Made by a program: the position numbers and the translations under genes
Shown here: positions 32,749 to 42,565 of the stretch, piece after piece
Layout of the letters: each line of letters opens with the position of its first letter
Position numbering within the stretch: position 1 is the first letter of the stretch
Notes under the pieces: model-generated
The model's database searches: none
Seen by the model: only the letters and a program-made list of their open reading frames with translations
What the model was told of the DNA's origin: nothing
NCBI RefSeq assembly: GCF_021028975.2
Contig: NC_059434.1
Span: 88,908,001 to 88,972,000, forward strand
Origin: Sphaerodactylus townsendi
Taxonomy: Eukaryota
Direction of reading: 5' to 3'
Length of the DNA stretch: 64,000 nucleotides

Positions 32749-35700
32749 GTAGGGGGGGGGGGGGACAAGCCGCCCGCCGCGCCCCCGCCCGGCTCCCCGG
32801 GCCGCGCCGCTGCTTCCGCCCCCGGGCCTTGGGGCAGCCCGACGGCCTGTGGGCGGCCCGCCCTTCCGTCCGCCTCCCCCCCAGCCGGTGGGTCCGTGGG
32901 CGCGCCGGGCAGTCCGGGCGGGAAGAGGCGGCCCAGCCCGGAAGGCCTGCTCCCCCGGCGGCCCGGCAGTGCTGCGTCTCGAGGCGGGCCGGGCGCCTTC
33001 CGGTCGGAGCGGCTGGGTCAGGGCTTCGACGGGCCCCTTCGACGGGCGCCGGGGGGTTTTCCGGCGAGAGTTTCGCGGATACGGGGCCGTGGGGCGGGGC
33101 GGGGCCGGCGGGACTTCCTTCCTGGGGGGGGGGGCGCCACCGCTTCTGGCAGGCAGAGGGCGGGGCAGCGCCGCCCGGCCCCTCCAGCTCCAGCCGGGCC
33201 CCTCCCCTCCTCTCCGAGGGTTGTCCCGGGCGCGGCGGCCCCAGAGTGGGCGTCCCGGCTGTGCCTGGGGGAGCCCGGTGGGTCCGCCGGTCTGGAGGCG
33301 CGTCGCGGGGGCCCGCGGAGTCTTTGGCTGGGCTTCGGGTCGGGGCGCTTTGGGCCCGTCTGGCTGCTGCGAGTGGAGTGGGAGGCGGTTGTGGAGCTAG
33401 CCCGCGGGGGAAGACACGGGGGGGGGGTGCAGTTTGGAAGAGGGGGAAGCCGAGCAACCCCCCCCCCCGTGACCCGGGCCAGCGGGTTCCCCGGGAAAGG
33501 GCCAGGCGGCCGCCCCCGCAACAGCTTCGGCCAAGTCAAGGGCCCTCGACGGACCCAGGCAGGCGCTCGCTCGGGTGTCCCTTCCAGGAGCCACCATGCC
33601 CGGGGGGCTCCTTGGCCAGTAACAGCAGCAGCAGCCGTGGCAAAGTGGGGGGGGGCACAGGGGGGTCCCTCCCGGCGTCTGGTCTCTGGAGTGGAGGGTT
33701 GGTCCAGAGCAGGGGTAGGGAACCTGCGGCTCTCCAGATGTTCAGGAACTACAATTCCCATCAGCCTCTGTCAGCATGGCCAATTGGCCATGCTGGTAGG
33801 GGCTGATGGGAATTGTAGTTCCTGAACATCTGGAGAGCTGCAGGTTCCCTACCCCTGGTCCAGAGGCTTTATGGGGGATTCATGGATAAGTCCCCCCCCC
33901 CCAAGCTGCTGTTTCTGCTAATTTGTTGAGGTTCGATGTAAACAGAGAAATTCGCTGCCTGTGTCTCATCTGCCAGCCCCCCCCCCCCCCCCCCAAATGG
34001 GCCCGTTGGGCTCCCCTCTCAGCTTGAATTCAGGGTCTGCCTTTCTGGAGCCTCCCAGTGTTTCCTTTGACCTTCTGACCAGGGGGTCGGTTTCCCTGCT
34101 ACCTGCCCTGATGGCCGGCCTCTGCTGCAGCTGCTTGGGTGGTTTGGGCAGGATTTCAGAGAACAGCTTTTGCTCTTCATAATGTCACGTAATGTGATCC
34201 GGAGCCACCTCAAGACGCCCCCCTGCCTTCCCAGAAGAACCCTGAACACCAGTGACATTTTAGGCTACGAGTGGGTGTTCCATTTTGGACGTTTTGATTC
34301 TTTCATATGGAGTGTCTTGGGTGTGGGCAACTGCTCTACAGCGCAGGGAGGCAGCATCGGAAGACTACCACCAAAAACAGGGTAGCTGCTAGACTCACAT
34401 AGGAGGAGCCACCAATTCTTCAGCGAGGGGGGAGTCCCAATTCTTCAGCGAGGGGGGAGGGGGAACTGCCAGATCTTCTGGTAGATGAGAAATAGGGAAA
34501 GTTTCAAGCACCTCCTGATGAAGACCCTCCCCAAAGGGGATGAGAGGACAGGTCCTCCTCCTCTTATGGGTTAAGAGTTGGTTGAATGGCTGGAAGGAAC
34601 TGGGGACATTTCATGTGCTCATTAAATGATCTGGAGTTGGAGCGACGTAGTGCCTGTTTGGGGGCGGGTGAAAACCAAGATCAGTATTGGTTGTGGTGGG
34701 TGCTCCCGGGGGGGCTGTGTGGCCGTGGTCTGGTAGATCTTGTTCCTAACGTTTCACCTGCAACTGTGGCTGGCATTGTCAGAGGTGTATCACAGAGGGA
34801 AGTAGGCTACAATACACTTCTCTCTGTGATGCACCTCTGAAGATGTCAGCCACAGTCCGGAAAACCACCACAACCAGTTGAATCCAGCCGTGAAAGCCTT
34901 TGACAAGATCGATATTGTTGAAGGAGTCTCTCTCTGTCACGGGCAGCAAAATGGCACAGGAGACTCGGTGCTGGGAACTGCCAGGTGACACACATGAGAA
35001 GAAAAATCATCTGAATACCTCGCTCATCTGAATACCTGCTGATGTCTTTTGACCTGGCCAAGGTCAAGAGGAAACGGATGTTGGAGCTGCAGCGGACAGC
35101 TCGGGCGAAACTGTCTACTCAGCGAGCTGTAAGAGGGTGGGTGGGGAGGGAAACTCCATGCTGGGGATTATTTAAAAAGGAACTGCAAATGAAACAGCCA
35201 ATATTATAACGCTCCTGTCTTGGTCTCTGGTGCAGCCTCATTGGGAAAGTTGCGTGCCGCTCTGGTCACCGCCTCTCAGAAAGGACACTGCACATCTGGA
35301 ATCTGGATTAAGGGCCTGGGGCACCTTTCCCATGAAGAACAGTTTTCTCACTTCAGAAAATAATTGCGGGGGGCGGGGGGTGCAGCACAGAATGGTGCAC
35401 CAGGTGGGCCAAACCTATGGAGAGAGAGCATTTTCTCTGCACCCCCTAGTACTAGAGCTTATGGGCAGGAGATTCAGGACACCCCAAATGAAACGTTTGT
35501 GGAAATCACTGCCAGTGGATGTTGGGCAAACCGCTGGCTTAGCTGGCTTCCAAAAGAGTCGGAGGTCCATGAATGCCAGAGTCTTGGGGGGGGGGGGGAA
35601 AGAGCAGGTGGCAGCCGTGGCCCCCTTCCGCTGGTTGTGGCCTTCTGTCAGCATCTGTTTGGTCTCTGTGTGAAACCAGACTCTGGTCAGGTGCTGTGAC

Positions 35701-38700
35701 GTGCTGTTGCCCGGAGTGGCTCTGCCGGCAGCTGGGGGAAGGGGGCACCCCTCCATCAGAGCAGCCAGATTGTGGTTCTGGGGGGAGCATGTGGCCGTGC
35801 CCAGGACATTGTGGGGTGGTGGGATGGGGACAAAGTGATGTGAGGCACAGGGTGGCCTGCAAGCGTCAGGGAGACCAGGGATTCCAAAAGTGAGTGGTAC
35901 CAGCTCCTGGGAGTGATGGAAATGTTAAGGGGAGCAGTGGGGGGATGGTGAGGAATTTGGGGGCACTAGGAGGGTGGCAGAGAATTTTGGGGTGGGGGGG
36001 AGCCATGCAGGGATTCCTGGGCCAACTAGCAGGAAAAAGGTCTTGTGTGTTTTGGGGAGTGCTTTGATTGTGTGTTTCTGCGAGGCAGCGGGTTGGACTT
36101 GATGCCCCTTGTGGACTCTTCCAACTCTAGGATTCTATGATTCATTCCTAGTGATTAAAGAAGAGTTTGGATTTATATCTCCCCCTTTCTCTCCTGTAAG
36201 GAGACTCAAAGGGGCTGACAATCTCCTTTCCCTTCCCCACTCACAACAAACACCCTGAGAGGTGGGTGGGGCTGAGAGAGCTCCGAAGAACTGTGACTAG
36301 CCCAAGGTCACCCAGCTGGCATGTGTAGGAGTGCACAAGCTAATCTGGTTCACCAGATAAGCCTCCAAAGCTCAAGTGGCAGAGCAGGGAATCAAACCCG
36401 GTTCCCCAGATTAGAGTGCACTTGTTCTGGTGAGTTTTGATGGAAAAGCAGCAACTCTTTCCTCACTGTGTAGCCCGGAGTAGAGTGGAGGGAAGCCGAG
36501 GTGAAGAGTCCAGTTTGCAACAGCATTCTCCTTGCTGTGTAGTGGGGGGAGTACAGCGGCACATTCCTTGTGTTTGGGGTGGGGAGGGGGAGAGCCAAGG
36601 CAAGGAGCCAGCAAAGGTCTTCCTATTACTCCATTTCTGAGCCCCATTTACATCTGGTTCAGGTGTCCCTGGGATGGCAGCAGCACATCACATGGGCTTT
36701 CCTCTGAGTAATGTGGGCCGACTTCTTGAGGAGATGTACAGGACATAGAGAAGGGGGAGAGAGTTTGCCCAGATCCCCCCTGAGCAGAGCCCTGGAGAAG
36801 GCGGAGTGGGACATAAAGGCACCCAACCCAACTCCCTGCACAGGAGTGAAGGAGATTAATGGCTGCCTCCCTCGTCCTTTCCCAGTGACCGCTGCTCTGT
36901 GTCCAGAGAGGAAGGCAGAACACCTGCAGGATCCCTGGCCAGTCTGGAATTGGAGGAACATTCCCTACTGACCCCAGAGCAGCAATCGGTGGTCTCCCGG
37001 GGGTTTTTAGAAGTGGCCACAAGAGCTGAGCACCGGCTCATCCCTTCCTGCCCCTCCCAAGGGGTTCTGGTCAGATCTTTAGGGGCAACAACAGAAAACA
37101 GCTCTGCCCCATCCTCTGTATGACGGCCCTTCAGATACTTGAAAATGGCTATCGTGTCATCTACCCAGCTCTTTCAACCGTTCCTCAGAGGACCATGTCC
37201 AGACCCCTCGCCATCTGTGCTGCCCTCCTCTGGACACGTTCTAGCATCTCAGCATCCTTAAACTGCAGCACCCAAAACTGGACCCAAAAAGTGAAGCCTA
37301 ACTAGAAAAAAACAAAGCGATACCATCCCTTTGCACGATCTGGCCGGCAGCACACTTCCGTTGAAGCAGCCCCGGGTCGTGCCTCTGCTTGCTCCAGCCC
37401 TCCATGCCAGGCAGAGCCTGCTGGGCCTCCACTCAGGCAAAGGAGGTGCTCCTCTGCTAGCCCCGGGCCCCCCTGTGCCATCTCCCGCCTCCCTGCCGCT
37501 TACAGACATGGCAGGCTGGGCCGGCCGGCTCCCGTTCCCCTCGTTCTCTCAGGATGACGTGACGTTTCTTTGCAGCGCTGGAAGAAGGGCTGGTTTGTGC
37601 TGTATCCAGCCAGTCTGCACGGCGTGGCTCGCTTGGAGTTCTTCGATGGCAAGGAGGGGGCCGCGGCAGCCGACAAGGTCAGCACCAAGCGCCTGGACAA
37701 GAAGATCGTGCGGCTGGCAGACTGCGTGAGCGTGGCCCCCGTCCCAGACTGCGTCCCCAAAGAGGGCCTGGCGGCCTTCCGCCTGGAGACCAGCGAGCGG
37801 ACCTACCTCTTTGCTGCTGAGCCGCAGGAAACGGCCGAGTGGGTGACCAGGCTCTGTGAAGCAGCGTTTCTGGTAATCAGGGAGCAGTGGGTGGGAGGGT
37901 GGCGTCTCCAGGGGGAGGGGGGCAGAGGGCCAACTCTGGGGTGGAGAGGCAACGCTCTTGGACTGGCCGAGGCCTCTGGCTGTGCTGACACTCAGCATGT
38001 GCGAACGGGGCCTTTCCATCTTGGCAGAGAGGGGTACAGAGGAAGGCTTTTTGGGGTCTGCCTGTCTTCCCCCTCCTTCTGGCTCTCTCCGTTGTGCAGA
38101 AGAACGTTAACCTTTTGTCCAGAGCCACAGACCCTGGGACGCTTGGCCAGAGCCTCCGCACCTGGGGGTGGGGGGGGGGGCATGGCAAGGCGGCCATATT
38201 GGCGGCAGGCAGACAGGCTCCAATGCCGACTCTTTTCTCTCCTGGCAGAATGGCCATGGCAAAGGAGCAGCACTTCCAACTGAGCCAGGTGGACAGTGCC
38301 CCATGGAAATGGCCACCAACTCCATTTATTACTCCCGAGATGAAGGTAGGGGCTGAGTGGGAACCCTGCCCCCCCCACCGATCCAGAGCCTCCCACCACG
38401 TCCTACTTGTGGTTCCTACTGAGGCTCTGTTGCTGCAAAGCAGAGCTGTGCACAAGACCCAGCTGAGGAGGAAAAGGGCTCTGGGGGTGGGCTGGGAGGG
38501 GTGGGCCGGTCCCTGCTGCACGGGGCCCGCCTGGGGGCAACACTTCTGCATGGGGGGAGGGCCCACCCCGACGGACCTTTCCTGAGTCTCTTCCCCGTGG
38601 CCACAGCCAGCACGTTCTGGGTGACGGTGCAGAAGACGGAGGGGGCCGAGCGCTGCCAGCTGCACGGGGCGTACGTGCTGAAGGCCTCCCAGGACGGCCT

Positions 38701-40364
38701 CGTTCTCCAAGACCCGCACTCGCACCAGCCGCTCTACACGTGGCCCTACCGGCTCCTGCGCAGATATGGCCGGGACAAGGTAGGGGAATGAGACGGGGGA
38801 GGGGGCGGGGACCAGGCTGCGGCTGTCTTGGGAGAGGCCAGTGGGCCACTCAGTTATGCCCTTCTGAGCCCCCCCCAAGCCAGTGGGTTTAGGAGAAGGG
38901 CTTCCTGAGTAGGGCGAGCCGGAGGTTCAACTGCTCCGGGGGGGGGGGGGGGGGGGGCAGGGGAGCAGTTTGGGCCAGGCAGGGGGCGGGTGCCCTTCTT
39001 CCATCAAACTGTGCCTTGTTTGGGGGCTGGGGGGGGGGGGCTGGGTAGAGATTGGAAGTTAGTGGAAAGGGCAAGATTCTGCCCATGCCTTAAAAAAGCA
39101 GAAGCTCTCGAAGGAGTGGCGATGCCCAGATCTTGCCCTGGCCCCATCTCAGAAGGGTCAGTCTGTGCCCACAAGAGGAAAGGCCGGCTCTGTCCTGGCC
39201 AGGAGGACGGGCTGAGGTCCGGGTGTCTGTGCGCCTGCCACTCCCACCCCACCAGCGCCCGCTTCCGCCCTGCAGGTGATGTTCTCCTTCGAAGCCGGCC
39301 GACGCTGCGAATCTGGCCCTGGCAACTTCACCTTTGAGACCAGGCAGGGGAACGAGATCTTCCGCGTGGTGGAGGCAGCCATCCAGGAGCAGAAAGCCCA
39401 GGCGGAGGAGAACCGGCAGAGTGGCAGCTCCCTGGACTCAGAAGCCTCCGGCGGCGTGGCCCACATCCAGACCACCATCGCCAGCATGCTCCTCCTGGAG
39501 AGCGAGGGGCCTCCTGAAAGGCCGCGGGGGCCGAGAGCCGCACCGGGCACCACACTCAGCGTGGCCGCAGAAGAGAAGGAAGCAGCCACGGCCACGCCCA
39601 AGGAGCAGAGCCTGCGAGACCCTCAGCCCCCGTGGCCCAGCACCCCACCGCGGTCCCCGCTCTTGGGCCTGGCAGGTTACCCCCTGCCCTCCGAGGACCC
39701 CGGCACTGTCTACTCTGAGCCCCTGGATGCCGTCAAGAACTCCCGGCACGGGCCGGACCCTCTCTATGCCGACCCCCTCGACAGCAGGCTTGAAGGTGGG
39801 GGGGAGCCCGAAGAGGCCGAGCCAAGACGGACTGGCGCCGTGTATGAGCAGGTGGGGCCGCTGCTCACCATCTGCCAGGGCCGGCAGGGGGCTGGAGGGC
39901 ACATCTATGACGAGCCGGAGGGGCGGGCCCCCAGGCCCACCCCCACTCTTGCTTCTGCACCCATCTACGACGAGGCCCACCCCCCTTGCGAGGCCTGGCG
40001 GACTCAGGGCCTGAACAGCTCAGCAGGCTACGAGCTTCCTTACTGGCCCCATGCTGGAGACTACGCCGTTCCCGCCTTCCCCCAGAAACAGGGGGGCAAG
40101 CCCTTCAAGCCCTCCCCGGTCCCAAAACCCCCCCGGGTGCATAAGAAAGCCCCCCTAAAGCCCGAGTGGGCCAAGCTGAAAAACGGCTCCAGCAGCAGCC
40201 GCAGCAACACCAACAACAACAACCACCACCCGGAGAGCGGGGAGCCTGTCTACAGTCGGGTGCAGAAGCCGCTGGGTGCCGGTCGTGGCCCTGCGGGGGG
40301 GCAAGAGCAGTCGGTGGATGACAGTCGCCCGGCCTCTGTGTACGAGGACCTGGGGGTGATCTGA
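32680..40364 (+). CDS. DOK1: Docking protein 1 (p62dok); exons 32680-32748, 37576-37872, 38249-38345, 38607-38779, 39276-40364; 574 aa
   Basis: PH domain (RWKKGWFVLYPASLHGVARLEFFD), IRS-type PTB domain ([33 protein letters not shown]) and YxxP-rich tail; position between LOXL3 and M1AP; 1725 nt in frame. Confidence 0.93.
33710..33857. mobile_element. Palindromic hAT-type MITE
   Basis: 148-bp palindrome; 8-bp TSD GTCCAGAG at 33702-33709 and 33858-33865; shares its core with 4438-4573. Confidence 0.88.
34687..34906. mobile_element. Penelope-like inverted-repeat remnant
   Basis: Inverted arms ctgtggctggcat.tcagaggtgtatcacagag / ctctgtgatgcacctctgaagatgtcagccacag and tggttgtggtgg / ccaccacaacca. 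Confidence 0.6.
36158..36425 (-). mobile_element. tRNA-derived SINE, same family as 331-610
   Basis: Shared family motifs in reverse orientation. Confidence 0.75.
37576..37872 (+). CDS. DOK1: DOK1 exon 2 (PH domain)
   Basis: tttgcag acceptor; ...EWVTRLCEAAFL|gtaatc. Confidence 0.93.
38249..38345 (+). CDS. DOK1: DOK1 exon 3
   Basis: MEMATNSIYYSRDE; donor gtaggg. Confidence 0.88.
38607..38779 (+). CDS. DOK1: DOK1 exon 4 (PTB domain)
   Basis: FWVTVQKTEGAERCQLHGAY...LLRRYGRDK. Confidence 0.93.
39276..40364 (+). CDS. DOK1: DOK1 exon 5 (end of PTB and Tyr-rich tail)
   Basis: [39 protein letters not shown]; TGA. Confidence 0.94.
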   Translation: [362 protein letters not shown]

Positions 40365-41418
40365 GTGCCCGGCTGCTGCCCTGCCTGAGCGCTGTGCCCC
40401 GGCAAGGCCCCCTCCAGCAGGCTTTGGGGCCGCTCCTGTGCCCAGCGGGTGTTCAGCTTGCTTTGCCGTCCAGTGAGAGCTGCCGGCCTCCAAGTGGGGG
40501 CTGCCACCCTCTGGAAACGACCCCCCCACCTGTGCTACAGTTCCCGGGGGGGGGGGGGCTTCTTTGGCCCTGCCTTCCTGGCTGAGCTCCCTCTGCTCCC
40601 CACACGCCACCATCTCCAGGGACTTCCTGGCCCAGAGTTGGCACCTGCTGAGTCTGTAGGTGGGATTTTATCTAACGTGCAGCAGCTGCTGGAAGTGCTT
40701 TGGAAAATATTTTTCTATACATTTTGGTTTTTCTATATCTGAGTCTGTGATGCTGAATGCTCTGGGTGGGCCTGTCCCTGGAGGCCAAACAGCAGCCCCC
40801 CCACCCCACCCTCCTGGGAAGCTGCTCTGGGGACAGGACAGGATTGCCAGGGGAGGGGGGATTGCAAGCGGGGGCACCCTGAACACCCGAGTGCGTTTCT
40901 TGGGTCCTGAGCCTGCCTTGCTCCGCTGCCTCTCCTTCAGCTGCCTGCCCAACCTCTTCCCTGTCAGAGCAGAAGGCTGCCCCCCCCCCAAAGGCAACAC
41001 CCAGTGCTCTTGAAAGCCCCACCAGAGTTTCTTGGGGGTCCAGAGCAAGAGGCTGCAGGTTTCCTGGGCTGCAGCCCCATGACGCCACCAGGGGCCCTCC
41101 TGGGCAGACTGCCTGCCTGCCCCCCTGCCTGCACGCCACCAAGAACCATTCCTCCCAACGCTTTCCACCAGGCATCTCTTCCCCACTCCCCCCCCCCTTG
41201 CCCTAACTTTCACCCTGTGGCCCAAGTCCTGTGTCCCAGAAGGCAGGCAGGCAGGCAGCTGACCCGCAGGGAAGGTGGCTCTGTCAAATCATAGAACCGT
41301 AGAGTTGGAAGAGTCCAGAAGGGCCATCAAAGCCAACCCCCTGCCACACAGGAATATCCAACCGAAGCCCCCCTGACAGACGGCCATCCAGCCTCTACTC
41401 TACTGTGTGGTAACCAAG

Positions 41419-41424
41419 TTTATT
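41419..41424 (-). terminator. Candidate M1AP polyadenylation signal
   Basis: AATAAA on the minus strand about 0.8-1 kb downstream of the last M1AP coding sequence. Confidence 0.5.
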
Positions 41425-42421
41425 GAAGGAACAGGGTGAGGAGGAGAAGCAAGGGAGCCGCAAGCTGAAGACCGGCCGGGTCAGTGCCTGTGCCTGGCGT
41501 GCTCTGGCCCCCCGCCTGGGAAAAGCCTGCTGTGACCTGGGCTGGATGGATGCCTCTGGCTAGGTCTTGGCCCCCCTGCTGTGCAGAAGGGCTGGGTGCT
41601 CTGAGGCCAGGGGTGAGTGTCAGAGTTCCCTGCAGGGAGGGCAGGGAGGTGTTTCTATGGAGGGAGGCAGGAGGAGAGTGTGTGTGGGGAGGGGAGGCAG
41701 TCACCCCCCCCCCCACTTGGCTTGGAGGCTGAAGCACCCGTGGGGCAATCATGCAGCCTACATGCACGGGAGGCTCCTAAGTGACGGGCTGATGCACACA
41801 CCGGGCTGCCAGAGGGAGCAGGCCACGCAGGCCGAGGGCTTGAGGCGGGGGAAGGGGTCCCGTGCTCCTGGCAAGCAGAGGGGGCCAGAGGGGGGCTGTG
41901 CTGAGGGGCTCTGGGGGTGCAGTGGGTCTTGCAAGTCTGATCCTAGGGGGAGTCCAGGAAGTCCTCTTCCTCTCCGCAGCACAGAGAAAGGGGTCTGGGG
42001 CTCGCCGGTGGGGGGGCCATGCGCAGGGGAGCCACAGCCGCCCTGGCCTTGCTCTGGTGCTGCCGGCTGGATTGCTGTGGACAGGAGGAAGAGGGAGGGG
42101 TGGTCAGTGGGGGGCCTCTCCTGTCCCCATTAACCCTTCGTGGACCACAGGCTGCTCACAAGCGCTGGTGGCACTTGTGCGAGGGGCTGGCTGGGTGCAA
42201 GGGGGTAACGCCAGCTACGGCCCAAATACTTGACTTTTCAACTTAACAGAAAGGTGCGCCTGGCTGGCTGGGCATGCTACATTTCACAGGTGTGCTGGTC
42301 AGACCCTTCTTGACTCCCCAGACAGCCCTGGGTTCTTTGCTCCCCAGTGCAGAGCCTGTGCAGCCCGTGAGGATACCTTGAGCAGGTGATCTGTTTGTGT
42401 GTCTGCCCCCACCCTCAGTAC

Positions 42422-42565
42422 CTGGCGGGGCAGGTGCCGTCCAGCCGTGCGCTGTGGCCTGCAGACCTGTGGCTTTCCCAGGCTGCTTCTCAGCACCCCG
42501 TACAGGTGACTCGTCACGCTCAGGGGGTTGTAGGTGGGCTCTACCTGCAGCCCCTCCAGGATGCT
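42422..42565 (-). CDS. M1AP: M1AP exon 9
   Basis: [22 protein letters not shown]; donor gtactg (in-frame alternative donor after 42377). Confidence 0.88.

Larger units (their letters stand above)
29950..33700. promoter_or_regulatory. Large CpG island, divergent LOXL3/DOK1 promoter region; candidate non-coding LOXL3 exon 1 ending at 30712 (- strand)
   Basis: Very high GC and CpG density, GC boxes, (GCC)n at 30437-30463; minus-strand donor ag|gtcagt at 30711; DOK1 ATG at 32680. Confidence 0.75.

Noticed and set aside
32242-33825. 527-aa and 465-aa ORFs in the DOK1 CpG island
   Set aside because: Low-complexity Gly/Pro/Arg/Ala frames caused by stop-codon scarcity in GC-rich DNA; only 32680-32748 (DOK1 exon 1) has homology support.
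34412-34459. 25-bp tandem duplication
   Set aside because: Ordinary slippage duplication in an intron; two units only, not an array.
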